A DNA stretch of 64,000 nucleotides, taken from IMG/VR virus record IMGVR_UViG_3300020421_003230, positions 32,001 to 96,000 of that record; one strand, 5' to 3'. This DNA comes from a virus. Shown piece by piece: positions 29,501-39,533 of the stretch (positions are counted from its first letter, which is position 1; every line of letters starts with the position of its first letter). Made by a program: the position numbers and the translations under genes. Below the pieces are notes generated by a model. It did no database searches. It was not told the DNA's origin and was given only the letters and a program-made list of their open reading frames with translations.

Positions 29501-32500
29501 AACACCTGCTATAATTAATGGTAATCCATCAACAGAAGCAAATGCTTCATCATCTATATCATCAGAGGGATTTGCTAAGTTTGTTTCTGCTTCTATTGCT
29601 GGGTTTACTGTAAACACCGAAGAAATAAAATCATCGGATGAAAGCTTACGATTAAAATCAACAGGACAAATCACAGGTTCGAATGTATTATTTACTGGTG
29701 GTAAAATTGCAGCTTGGAGTATAAGTGGTAATAATATATCAAGTGATGGTGGTGGAATCAGATTAAATGGTAATGGAAATAGTGCAGAGATATCTGTAAA
29801 CTCTCATACTTTTGGAAATGAAGGAATACAATTTGGTTTCAATAGTGGAGCTCCAAGATTTTATGCTGGTGATGGTTCAAATAATTTTTTAAGATACGAT
29901 ACGAGTAATGGTGTAAATATTAAAACAATTAAATTTGAATTAGATACACCTACACTTGAGATATCATCTGCAGAAGCTTCTATGTCTTTGGGTTCAGGTC
30001 AAGAAGTTGTTATAAGAGGAAATAGTAATAGTCCATTTATAGCTATTCAACCAAGTGTAGCTCTTGTAGATAAAGCTTATGGTGAAATAGGAATAATGCT
30101 TGCAGTTGCGGCAGGTACAACACCATTGTTTTCAGTTGTAGGTACTGGTGGACATATAAAATTTAATGGAACTGGAATAGATTTAGCTTCCGATACTTTT
30201 GATTTAGATGCTGGAACTATCATTATGGCGAGTGCAACAAACAATGGTAAGATTGCACTTGGAGCAACACCACCTACGGCATACAATAGTGGTGATGGTG
30301 TTTACATGGATGGTACTGGTAAACTATTAATTGGTAGTGGGAGTGGAGACCATATTCAATTTGATGGTACTAATTTTGATGTTCAAGTTGGTTCATTAGA
30401 ATTAGATGCAAATAATATTGAAATCAGTTCTGCAAATGCTAGTATGTCATTGGGTGAGGGTAATATCTTACTTGATGGTTCTAATAATAAAATTAAAGTT
30501 GGTGCACACTCAAGTAATAATGTTGAGATAGTTGGTTCATCAACACAAGGATATATTGCTACAGGTAAAACATCTGCCACATCAACCACTGCTGGTTTTT
30601 GGTTGGCTAATAATAATTCAGACCCTGAGTTTCATGTTGGTGATGCTTCTAACTTTGTAAAATTTGATGGAGGTAATTTTAACCTTGCATCTGAGAACTT
30701 AGAAATATCATCATCTACAATTCAAATCTCTACTGCAGAATCAAGTATGAGTTTTGGTCATGATAATACTGCTAGTGATGGTAAGATTATAATAGAGGGT
30801 AAAGGTACACCATCATTTAGAGTTGGGCCTGATGCTGGAAACTTATCACTAACAGCAGGTAGTGGAGTATTCATAGATGGGGATGGTAACTTTAAGTTTG
30901 GTGATAGTGATGGTAATGTAACATTTGATGGTGGTTCATTTAGTATTACAGGTTCAGATGTTGCAATTAATGTTACAGATATTAATATTAGTTCAAGTGG
31001 ATTTGAAGTATCATCTACTGAAGCTTCTATGTCATTGGGTACTAATAAACAATGGTTGGCAAGTGGTAACGGAGTTAATCCATTTTTAAGTATAGGACAA
31101 ACCACAGCCGCCTATGATAATACAGGAATATTTCTTGGATATGTAAACTCAGTATCAAGACCTAAGTTCTCACTTGTGGGAAGTTCAGGACACTTAAAGT
31201 TTGATGATGGTATTGATATTGCCACAACAACATTCGAACTTGATACACCTGGTTTAGAAATATCTAACACACAACAAAGTATGAGTATTGGGCCTTCCAA
31301 TACAAATCCAATCACACTACAAAGTAATGGTGCTGATAGGTCTATAAGGTTTGGAAGTAAAACAGATTTTGACCAAACCACTACTGCTGGTTTCATTATG
31401 GGTATCGATAATGGAAATGCTAAGTTTGATTTTACAATAGGTTCAGGTAACAACAATTATATAAGAATGAGTTCAGGTGGAGTTGATATTAAAACACCTA
31501 ACTTCCTTTTAGATACCACTAACTTAGATATAAACTCAGCAACAAGTAGAATCTCAGTATCCGATGGAAGTAACGAAAGAGTACGAATTGGTGAGATAAG
31601 TGATTCGGCTTCTGATTTGTTTGGAATGAAAATTTATGATGGTAGTGGAACTGCCGATAGTAATACACTTGTAAAACTTGGAGAAGAAGGAAACGAAATA
31701 GCTGGTTGGACAATCACCAATGATAGATTGAGTGGTGGTAAGATGATTATCCGACAAGATGGTACAATTGAATCAGATGGGTTTGCAAGTAATGTTGCTG
31801 GTAGTGGATTTAGATTAACCGCTGACCAAGGTGGTTTCTTAGAAGTAGAAAATGCAAGAATTCGTGGTACGATGTCTACTACCGTATTTGAGAAAGAAAG
31901 TGTAAATGCAGTTGGTGGACAATTGTATGTTGCTAACTCAACAACATTAGCAACAGGTAGTATTGTAACGGCAGCTCAAACTACTATGTCGGTAGAGAAT
32001 GTTTCAGGATTTCTTGCCAACGAAATATTATCTGCAAAGAAAGTTGATTCAGGTGGATTCTCAACAGAGTATCTTTTAGTAGATAGTGCTTCACGAGATA
32101 ATCCATCAAGTCAAACAGATTTTAAAGGTAAGTTATTTGTAACAAGAGCTTATGGAAGTGGTGTAGCTGGTGATAGTGGTTCACTTGGAGATACACCAGG
32201 TAGTGCTACATTCTATAGTGGTTCTCAAGTTCTTGTAAGTACAGGAAAAGTTGGAACAGGATATATAAGATTAAATGCAAATCCAAGCGACCCAACCACA
32301 CCATATATTGATATTGTTGAGAGAACAGGTTCTGCAGTTTATGATGTAAGTTTAAAGGCAAGACTTGGAGATTTGAGTGGATTGAGTAGTGGATTACTTT
32401 ATGGTAACACTAATCCAGGTTTTGGTTTATTTACCGAGAATGTATTCCTACAAGGAGCCATAACTGCAACAACAGGTTCATTTACAGGTATTGTACATAT

Positions 32501-35500
32501 TGGAACATCTGCCGCAGAAGAAATGAGATTGGGTACTGATGTAAATAGTTCTAATGATGGTTTACATATTAACAATAACAATTATTGGTATACGACTGGT
32601 GCTTTCAAAGTTGGTAGTTCAAACTTCTTCCTTTCAAATGATTCAAGTGGTAACATATCAATTCAACCAAAAGAATTAACATTACAAGTTAGTGATGGAA
32701 GTGGTGGACACAAATTCGAACTTGCTGGTACAGCAACTGAACAATCAATGTCATTCAATAATGAAGATGTTGTAATTGGTTCAGATGGTTCAAGAGGATT
32801 TGCAAGAATAGGTAGAAATACAGCTAAGGCTATATTTGTTACAGGTTCACAAGCACTTGGTGCTATACGAATTGCTAAAGATAGTTTTACAGATGATACG
32901 GCTGGTTTTTGGTTGGCCAATGATGATGGTACACCACAATTTTATATTGGTAACTCATCATCACACTTAAAGTTTGATGGTAGTAATATATCATTATCAG
33001 GAGATGCTTTTAATGTAACGGCATCAAATGTAGATATCACTACAGGTACTATGTTAGTAGATGCTGATGATTTCCAAATCAATTCAACAATACCATCAAT
33101 GAGTTTGGGTTATGATAGTAATTCAAATGTTGGTATGGAGTTTGTGGGTGGAAGTACAACAACAATAAAATTTGGGCCTAAGGCTTCACCTAAATTACTT
33201 TTACAATCTGATTCACAAGATGCCTTTATGAGAATTGGTTCACAAACATTTGGTGGAACTGATGGTGGAATTATTATAGGTAGTGATAATGGAACTGCAA
33301 AATTAGATTTATTTACAGATTCAGATAACTTCTTTAGATTCAATGATAGTGAAGTTAGTATTAGAACTAACACATTTGATTTTCAAGGTACAAATCTTGC
33401 ATTGAATAATACAAGAATGTTTCTTGGTACAATCACAAGTAATTCAGATACAAGTGGTGCTGGTGTTTATATGGATAATGCTGGTGTGTTTAGATTACAA
33501 GGTGATACTACAAACTTTATTCGTGTAGGTGGTGGTTCATTAAGTATTGGTTCCGATGATTTAAATATTGATACCGCAAAAGGTGATATTGTATTTAATA
33601 GTGGAACACAAAGAATTTCATTAGGAGCTTCACCACCAACAGATTTTTCATCGAATGGAATTATCTTAAGTGGTAGTGGAGAATTTAACTTCCAACGAGA
33701 TGGAAGTAATTATATAAGGAACACATCAAGTGGTTTTGATATTAAGGCAGCTAATTTTGATTTAGATGCTGGAACCATAATAATGGATAATGGTACGAAT
33801 AGTGGTGTTATTAAATTAGGTGGAAGTGCTAGTACAATTACAGCTACTGCTAATGCTGGTATCTACATGGATGGTACGGGTGTGTTCAGAGTTGGAAGTG
33901 CAACAAGTGGTGATGCCTACATTTATTATGATGGTAGTACTTTGGATATTAATACTTCAGATTTAAGTATTATAACTACAGGTACCAATAAAATTAAAAT
34001 AGATTCCACAGCATCTACACCAGTACTTTCAATGGGTGCTACATTACCTACTGCTTACAATAGTGGTAATGGATTCTTTGTAGATGGTACAGGAAAGTTT
34101 TTAGTAGGTAACACTTCAGGTAACCATTTATCGTGGGATGGTACTAACATTACACTTGTTGGTTCAATCAGACAAACTACAGGTGGACAAACTATTGTAG
34201 ATTTTGTTGATAGAGGAACATGGTCAGGTTCAAGTACTTCATATGCTGTAAATGATTTAGTACAATATAGTGGTTCTACTTACAAATGTATAAACGCACA
34301 TACATCAACAAACGATACAAATACCACAACAGGTAGACCAGATACTGCTACAAATAGTTGGGCAGTTTATGCGGCTGGTGGTTCTGATGGAGCCGATGGA
34401 GCCGATGGAGCGGATGGTGCCGATGGTAGTCCTGGAGCTACTGCTAAGACCGTATCACTTTCCGCAAGTGCTTTTGTTATTGAATACAATGCTGCTGGTG
34501 GTGGTGGTAGTGGAACAATTACCTTAACGGCTACATCTCAAAACTTTACAAATGCCTTTTTTAAATTTACTGGTGGAGGAGGAGCATTTACAGATGAAAC
34601 TTCATACACCGATGGAAGTGGTGCAAATTCAGATACTGCTACATTTACTATTCCAGCATCTTATTCATCAACACCATACACCTTTACTGTATCTGTACAA
34701 GAGGGAGCAAGTGGTGGAGAGGTTGCTAGTGATACAGTAACGATTGCTTCAATCAAACCTGGTGCCGCTGGTAGTGATGGTTCAGATGGTGCAGACGGTG
34801 CTGATGGTTCAGATGGTGCTGCTGGTGCAGATGCTTACACCGTAATTTTAACTAATGAATCACACACATTACCAACAACAAATACAGGAACAGTTACCTA
34901 CACAGGTAGTGGAACTAATGTTGTTGTTTACAAAGGTGCAACAGAATTAAATAGTGTTACAGGAACACCAGGTAGTGGAGAATTTAAAGTAACAGCTACG
35001 GCAACTAATATTACAGCTGGTTCACAGACCGTAAGTGGTAATCCAGCAGTTTTTGCTGACCATTCAAATTGTTCTCAAAATACTGCTCAAGTTAGTTATG
35101 CAGTTCTGATTGAAAACACTACTACGATAACAAAGATACAATCTATATCAAAAGCAACTCAAGGTACAGATGGTTCAGATGGTGCTGATGGTGCTGATGG
35201 TGCTGATGGTGCGGCTGGTTCAAATGCTAAAAACATTTCAGTATCTGCTAACTCATTAGTTTTCGTAAAAGCACAAGATGGTACACTTTCACCAAGTTCA
35301 GTAACCATAACTGCAAACGGACAAAATTTAACACAGGCAGGTTCGTTTAGTACAACAGCTGGAACACTAACATCAAAAACAGAAAACTCAAGTGGTGGTT
35401 CTGCAACCGTAACAAGTGGTAACTTTGTAGATGGAATGGTGGTAACTTATACCACACATGGTAATGATGGAAGTTTAACCGATAGTGTAACATTAAAAGA

Positions 35501-38500
35501 ATTAGATGAGGGTAGTGGAACTGTATCTGCTATTCTTTCAAATGAGGCTCATGTATTCCCAGCAACTACTGCTGGAGCAGTTTCAAGTTATAGTAATAGT
35601 GGAACAACAATTAAAGTATTCGAGGGTGCAACTGCACTAACATTCACAACAGGTACACCTGCCGCTGGAGAATTTGCAGTAAGTGTTGGAAACACAGCAA
35701 ATATTACAGAGGGTGCAGTTAGTGGTAATGGAACAAATACTTGTACTATTGCTGACCATAGTGCGGCAGCTGATGGAACTGATGAATATGTAATCGTATA
35801 TACAATAACTGGTAAAACAGCAAACGGAACTTCGTTTACAAGTTTTACTAAATCACAATCATTAAGTAAATCTAAGACTGGTGCTACTGGTAATGCTGGA
35901 GCAAATGCTGCTACCTTAAATATTAGTTCCAATACACAAGTTTTTGCATTTGATAATTCAAGTGATACAACACCAACACCAACAACAGCAACCATAACTG
36001 TAAATCAACAAAATCAAGCCAGTGATTTAGTAACTGGTGATATTAGTGTAACGAATGGTAGTAAGAGTTCATTTAGTTATTCAGGTGGAAGTGGAACAGG
36101 AGCAGCTACCGTAACGATAACACCAAGTGGAACTTATCCTGTAACCGTATCTGTTTCAAATGATGGAATATCAGATAGTTTACAAATACCAAAAGTACAA
36201 GGTGGTAATGCTGGTGCTGATGGAAGTGATGGTTCTGATGGTTCTGATGGAAGTGCTGGTGCAGATGCTATTACAATTATTAATACAAACTCAACACATA
36301 CATTACCAGCAAATTCAAGTGGTGTGGTATCAAGTTATGCAAATAGTGGTACTACGATACAAGTTTATGAAGGAACCACACAATTAGATTACGATGGTAC
36401 TGGAACTGCAAATGGACATTTTACTATTGCCACTTCACAATCACCGACTTCAACAATTACAATTGGTTCTATAAGTGATTCAGGTAATGATGCAGTTGTT
36501 GCTGTTCATAGTGGTATGAGTAATACTACAGATAATGTATTGATAAATTATACAATTACTGGTAAAAGATTAGATGGAACTTCATTAGGTAGTATTGTTA
36601 CTACTCAAACTATTGGTAAAAACAAAACAGGTGCCGCTGGTAGTGATGGTTCAGATGGTGCTGATGGAAGTGATGGTTCAGATGGTACTGATGGTTCAGA
36701 TGGTGCAGGAGTAGTATTTAGAGGTGTATATGATGCAAGTACAAAATATTTCCATACATCAATAAGAAAAGATGTAGTTGAGGGTTCTGATGGTAATTAT
36801 TATATTGTAAATAATGAAAGTGATAATAATACAACAAATTGGAACAATCCAGTTGGTGGTGGTTCTGATTGGACAGCGTTCGGTGCACAATTTAGTTCAG
36901 TTGCAACCGATATATTATTAGCACAAGATGCCACAATAACAAATGGATTAGTTATTGGAGATGGTGCAGCAGATGGATTTATCAGGTCAGCAGATGCCAC
37001 AAGTGAAACTGCAGGAGCAGGATTCTTTATGATAGATGACCATTCCACATCATCTGCAAAATTTAGAGTTGGAACTGCAACAAGTGGTGATAATTATTTA
37101 TACTTCAATGGTTCTGGATTAGATATTAAAGCAGGAACATTTAATTTAGCAACTTCTACTGATTTAGTTATCAGTAGTGCTAATAAATCTATATCATTAG
37201 CAAATGGTAACATAACACTTGATGGTGATTCAAATTCAAATGTAGGACATATAGAAGTAGGTGGATTAACGGGTACTTCAGCAAACCAAACTCAAAAAGG
37301 TGCGTATTTCAAAGGTGATGGTGATTTTATTATAAAATCAAATACTACTGCTAATGAAAATTACATTCAAGGTTTAGGTGGAGATTTAATAATAAAGGCA
37401 GATGATATTGATATCACTTCTACCACATTTAATTTATCAACATCCACCTTACAAATAACTGATGGTTCCGCGGCAGCCGCAGCAGGTAAAATAGTAATAA
37501 GTGGAACAGACCAACATATAAAGATTGGTACAGGAATAAGTATTGATGGTGATGGTGATAGTAATGCTGGTTCTATTACTATTGGTAGTAATGTAACATT
37601 AAACGGAAGTAGTGATTCCACTATATCAGGTTGGACTGTAGGTAGTACATTATCTGCTAGTAGTGGTGCAACATTTATTGCACTTGACCCTGGTAATAAA
37701 AAAATTAGAATAGGTGAAAAAACAAGTATAGATAATAGTAATGATGGTGTTCACATTGGTAGTGACGGAATTTCTTTAGGTACAAACACACCTTTTAAAG
37801 TTACAGCTGCTGGTGTTTTAACTTCAAGTAGTGGAACGATTGGTGGTTGGACTATTGGTAATACATTATCAGCAACAAATATTATTTTAAATCCAGCAGG
37901 TCCAAATATTCAATTAGCTGGAAAAACCACATTTGCGGATAATAATGTTGATGGTGTTTACATCGGAACAGAGGGTATTGCAATTGGTGATGATAATGAA
38001 TTCTCAGTTACTAATGCTGGAGCGGTTGTAGCAACGAATATAACTGCTAAGGGTGGATTTATTGGTAATGGTGCAAGTGGATTTACTATTAATAATTCAC
38101 AATTCTATAATGGTAGAAGTTCATTCGCTTCAACCACTACAGGAGTTTATGTTGGTACTGATGGTATTAGTGTTGGTGAAAGTAGTGTGGGTAATGTAAA
38201 AATAAATGATTCTGGTGATATAACCGCATTTGGTACTAATGCAAGTAATAATATTAGAATTGTAACCAATCAATTTGATAATAATCCAGCTATTATATTC
38301 CAACAACCTGCTTTGGGTATTGGTGTTGGTATACCTATAACATTAAAAATGTCATCAACAGGTTCTTACTTTAATCCAAGAACTGATTATACAGAGAATG
38401 TAGATTTAAAATCAAATACACAATCTATAGGTACTGCTACAAGTACTTTTGGTTCTCAAGGTGGTGGAGCTTCACCAACAGTTGGAGATGATGTATACTT

Positions 38501-39533
38501 AGATGCTTTAGGATTTAATGGAACGGGTGCTAATGCGGGTAAAATATTCTCACTAAGTAATACACAAGTAGGTGCTGCATTTGTTGAGTTTGAAAATATA
38601 AATTTAAAAATTGATTCATTAACTAATAGTGGTACGGTAAGAGTAGGTATAGATTTTGAAATTTATCATTGTGATGGTTCTGATGCTACTTCAATTAGTA
38701 ATGCTGAGTTGGTAACAAGAACAAAACCTTTAGGTACATTTACTTCATTTTCAGCAGCTACTTCACCTGTCACATATACATTAAATGATGTAAGAGCTAT
38801 TGTTACTAAACAATTCTATTTTGCTAAAATTGTATTAACACATTATGAATTAACATCATTACCTGCTGGTTCTGATGAAGAAGTTATATGGGGTGGAAAT
38901 ACTGGTGGAACACAAGCTATTAATGAAGAAAAATATTTAACTAAAGTTACTGTTACTGGTAAAGGATTCCAATCATATGCTTCTGAATATTCACATGCTA
39001 AGTTCGGAGCTCAAAACCAAATCATTGGAGATTTAGCAGTTCAGGTAAACAGAGTTAACTTTGGTGGTAGGATGGCAGTTGGTGGACATTTAAATGTTGG
39101 TAGTGGTGATATCAATTCACAAACCGTATATGCATTACACACTACTGGTGATATTGCAGCTACTGGTAATATAGTAGCTTATATTAGTTCTGATGAAAGG
39201 TTAAAAGAAAATATAATACCAATCAGAAAAGGAGTAGATTTAATTCAAAAAATGAATCCTGTTGAGTTTGATTGGAATGAAAAGGGTGTACAATTTGGTT
39301 GGGGATTAAGAAAAGTTCAAGAAGGTGGTACACGAGATTTAGGATTTATTGCACAAGAACTTGAAGAAGTATTACCTGAAGTTGTTGGTACAGTGGAAAA
39401 TAAAGAAAAAGAAGAATATCTTGGTGTACAATATGAAAAAATTGTACCTGTATTGGTTAAGGCAGTTCAAGAACAACAAGAAGAAATCGATGAATTAAAA
39501 GAACTGGTAAAAAAATTAACAAAGGATAAGTAA
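26505..39533 (+). CDS. Giant tail fibre / host-attachment protein, 4342 aa, with C-terminal peptidase S74 intramolecular chaperone
   Basis: Gly/Ser/Thr-rich beta repeats (IGGWTI/IAGWTI, EISSxxASMSLG), collagen-like G-X-D tracts, ChiC/CBM5-12-like motif 'WSGSSTSYAVNDLVQYSGSTYKC..AHTS', and 'SDERLKENI..GFIAQELEEVLPEVV..YEKIVPVLVKAVQE' chaperone. Confidence 0.9.
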   Translation: MAILKRINKYQGLKDIDVLVDEKGLSSQYFNITQVPTSFPQGRSTFIIGGSPFLKNNVELKIEILDSKGKTVYTEPITNYLEGDGRRVSVEIYNDTSPGDCFLYVVGELKDNYKSVSALNESVEDITDQMPEMEFDAFDGSTQDVPSEFQGVYNVRYSRPISISTTIPNSEPILFYNQPRVTVSEILKGYVVEVPVSSSVQITGSAEFKPQPNLQPLPPVPEPDPNGFPIIDTSTREDVGKSLEIFKNRRSSKIEPLRFSNFKSRGRIMRRSSPEIDRNEIIIDSLETGEGVDADKASSQFVGGNITINNPKVDFSKLPGDESRYTIPDKYESQISKVKNEKTIVPLDDFLITDNETGERIPIDIKPNTEVTMSYVPTPDPSISTTHFRAFADITLGNLTTFSGDVYKAKISARSRGTLGDFETLYDSTIEAPTVLIDTFSPTGFKNVGYFYTGSIISDYWDVSNGTATIDNSKMIDSVLISGSNQGFTPGVGDSTSGPVTSDRNAVIFATSQSYDLEKNVPYTVSFDAYYYTGPKQMSQDGGVQQHAELEVIVSGSARLGNTNEDYSLGKVEVPTNTTEGEIKGIHNTFVSSTTGDPKLRLKFKATAGQWIIHDVEIKPYSETNFNPDYFRTILPMPHPMPKKPDSYDFLVEFFDVNNNIAETIVVKEEVPFAGAPINIDGDGNLLSGSMYLGNTEGSGIEMHGGSAYLRSIGYDGFDNTIASGSGGFLIFSGSVGDRLNSSEDYQGVGLEIVDAHGATNRFMKFRTDPSTFQVQTDEFFLGSTSQFVSGSNGNIEISSSNFHLSPDGDVTMAGTISATAGNIGDFQIVNGQISGSNITMNATRSQIFKTDQGPGSDTSAVFENLRDEYYIDFTPSESIDKVNNYRPGYYIKMGPNFMVDKDGILIASGATFEGSITASAGLIGGFTTDSHSFSSNNIFISGSPEVGGIDDSKYMFISTSKFNVKQDGSVTGSEFLLEGGTITDNVTILGSVSANSILTPAIINGNPSTEANASSSISSEGFAKFVSASIAGFTVNTEEIKSSDESLRLKSTGQITGSNVLFTGGKIAAWSISGNNISSDGGGIRLNGNGNSAEISVNSHTFGNEGIQFGFNSGAPRFYAGDGSNNFLRYDTSNGVNIKTIKFELDTPTLEISSAEASMSLGSGQEVVIRGNSNSPFIAIQPSVALVDKAYGEIGIMLAVAAGTTPLFSVVGTGGHIKFNGTGIDLASDTFDLDAGTIIMASATNNGKIALGATPPTAYNSGDGVYMDGTGKLLIGSGSGDHIQFDGTNFDVQVGSLELDANNIEISSANASMSLGEGNILLDGSNNKIKVGAHSSNNVEIVGSSTQGYIATGKTSATSTTAGFWLANNNSDPEFHVGDASNFVKFDGGNFNLASENLEISSSTIQISTAESSMSFGHDNTASDGKIIIEGKGTPSFRVGPDAGNLSLTAGSGVFIDGDGNFKFGDSDGNVTFDGGSFSITGSDVAINVTDINISSSGFEVSSTEASMSLGTNKQWLASGNGVNPFLSIGQTTAAYDNTGIFLGYVNSVSRPKFSLVGSSGHLKFDDGIDIATTTFELDTPGLEISNTQQSMSIGPSNTNPITLQSNGADRSIRFGSKTDFDQTTTAGFIMGIDNGNAKFDFTIGSGNNNYIRMSSGGVDIKTPNFLLDTTNLDINSATSRISVSDGSNERVRIGEISDSASDLFGMKIYDGSGTADSNTLVKLGEEGNEIAGWTITNDRLSGGKMIIRQDGTIESDGFASNVAGSGFRLTADQGGFLEVENARIRGTMSTTVFEKESVNAVGGQLYVANSTTLATGSIVTAAQTTMSVENVSGFLANEILSAKKVDSGGFSTEYLLVDSASRDNPSSQTDFKGKLFVTRAYGSGVAGDSGSLGDTPGSATFYSGSQVLVSTGKVGTGYIRLNANPSDPTTPYIDIVERTGSAVYDVSLKARLGDLSGLSSGLLYGNTNPGFGLFTENVFLQGAITATTGSFTGIVHIGTSAAEEMRLGTDVNSSNDGLHINNNNYWYTTGAFKVGSSNFFLSNDSSGNISIQPKELTLQVSDGSGGHKFELAGTATEQSMSFNNEDVVIGSDGSRGFARIGRNTAKAIFVTGSQALGAIRIAKDSFTDDTAGFWLANDDGTPQFYIGNSSSHLKFDGSNISLSGDAFNVTASNVDITTGTMLVDADDFQINSTIPSMSLGYDSNSNVGMEFVGGSTTTIKFGPKASPKLLLQSDSQDAFMRIGSQTFGGTDGGIIIGSDNGTAKLDLFTDSDNFFRFNDSEVSIRTNTFDFQGTNLALNNTRMFLGTITSNSDTSGAGVYMDNAGVFRLQGDTTNFIRVGGGSLSIGSDDLNIDTAKGDIVFNSGTQRISLGASPPTDFSSNGIILSGSGEFNFQRDGSNYIRNTSSGFDIKAANFDLDAGTIIMDNGTNSGVIKLGGSASTITATANAGIYMDGTGVFRVGSATSGDAYIYYDGSTLDINTSDLSIITTGTNKIKIDSTASTPVLSMGATLPTAYNSGNGFFVDGTGKFLVGNTSGNHLSWDGTNITLVGSIRQTTGGQTIVDFVDRGTWSGSSTSYAVNDLVQYSGSTYKCINAHTSTNDTNTTTGRPDTATNSWAVYAAGGSDGADGADGADGADGSPGATAKTVSLSASAFVIEYNAAGGGGSGTITLTATSQNFTNAFFKFTGGGGAFTDETSYTDGSGANSDTATFTIPASYSSTPYTFTVSVQEGASGGEVASDTVTIASIKPGAAGSDGSDGADGADGSDGAAGADAYTVILTNESHTLPTTNTGTVTYTGSGTNVVVYKGATELNSVTGTPGSGEFKVTATATNITAGSQTVSGNPAVFADHSNCSQNTAQVSYAVLIENTTTITKIQSISKATQGTDGSDGADGADGADGAAGSNAKNISVSANSLVFVKAQDGTLSPSSVTITANGQNLTQAGSFSTTAGTLTSKTENSSGGSATVTSGNFVDGMVVTYTTHGNDGSLTDSVTLKELDEGSGTVSAILSNEAHVFPATTAGAVSSYSNSGTTIKVFEGATALTFTTGTPAAGEFAVSVGNTANITEGAVSGNGTNTCTIADHSAAADGTDEYVIVYTITGKTANGTSFTSFTKSQSLSKSKTGATGNAGANAATLNISSNTQVFAFDNSSDTTPTPTTATITVNQQNQASDLVTGDISVTNGSKSSFSYSGGSGTGAATVTITPSGTYPVTVSVSNDGISDSLQIPKVQGGNAGADGSDGSDGSDGSAGADAITIINTNSTHTLPANSSGVVSSYANSGTTIQVYEGTTQLDYDGTGTANGHFTIATSQSPTSTITIGSISDSGNDAVVAVHSGMSNTTDNVLINYTITGKRLDGTSLGSIVTTQTIGKNKTGAAGSDGSDGADGSDGSDGTDGSDGAGVVFRGVYDASTKYFHTSIRKDVVEGSDGNYYIVNNESDNNTTNWNNPVGGGSDWTAFGAQFSSVATDILLAQDATITNGLVIGDGAADGFIRSADATSETAGAGFFMIDDHSTSSAKFRVGTATSGDNYLYFNGSGLDIKAGTFNLATSTDLVISSANKSISLANGNITLDGDSNSNVGHIEVGGLTGTSANQTQKGAYFKGDGDFIIKSNTTANENYIQGLGGDLIIKADDIDITSTTFNLSTSTLQITDGSAAAAAGKIVISGTDQHIKIGTGISIDGDGDSNAGSITIGSNVTLNGSSDSTISGWTVGSTLSASSGATFIALDPGNKKIRIGEKTSIDNSNDGVHIGSDGISLGTNTPFKVTAAGVLTSSSGTIGGWTIGNTLSATNIILNPAGPNIQLAGKTTFADNNVDGVYIGTEGIAIGDDNEFSVTNAGAVVATNITAKGGFIGNGASGFTINNSQFYNGRSSFASTTTGVYVGTDGISVGESSVGNVKINDSGDITAFGTNASNNIRIVTNQFDNNPAIIFQQPALGIGVGIPITLKMSSTGSYFNPRTDYTENVDLKSNTQSIGTATSTFGSQGGGASPTVGDDVYLDALGFNGTGANAGKIFSLSNTQVGAAFVEFENINLKIDSLTNSGTVRVGIDFEIYHCDGSDATSISNAELVTRTKPLGTFTSFSAATSPVTYTLNDVRAIVTKQFYFAKIVLTHYELTSLPAGSDEEVIWGGNTGGTQAINEEKYLTKVTVTGKGFQSYASEYSHAKFGAQNQIIGDLAVQVNRVNFGGRMAVGGHLNVGSGDINSQTVYALHTTGDIAATGNIVAYISSDERLKENIIPIRKGVDLIQKMNPVEFDWNEKGVQFGWGLRKVQEGGTRDLGFIAQELEEVLPEVVGTVENKEKEEYLGVQYEKIVPVLVKAVQEQQEEIDELKELVKKLTKDK
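34380..36710 (+). repeat. Five collagen-like (Gly-Ala/Ser-Asp)n 9-bp repeat tracts within the tail fibre
   Basis: Tracts near 34380-34436, 34761-34832, 35163-35225, 36213-36266 and 36630-36710 (GGT/GGA-GCN/TCN-GAT units), separated by Ig-like beta domains. Confidence 0.9.

Noticed and set aside
34380-36710. Short tandem DNA repeats as a possible CRISPR array
   Set aside because: They are in-frame 9-bp units encoding Gly-X-Asp with synonymous variation; there is no constant repeat with unique spacers.
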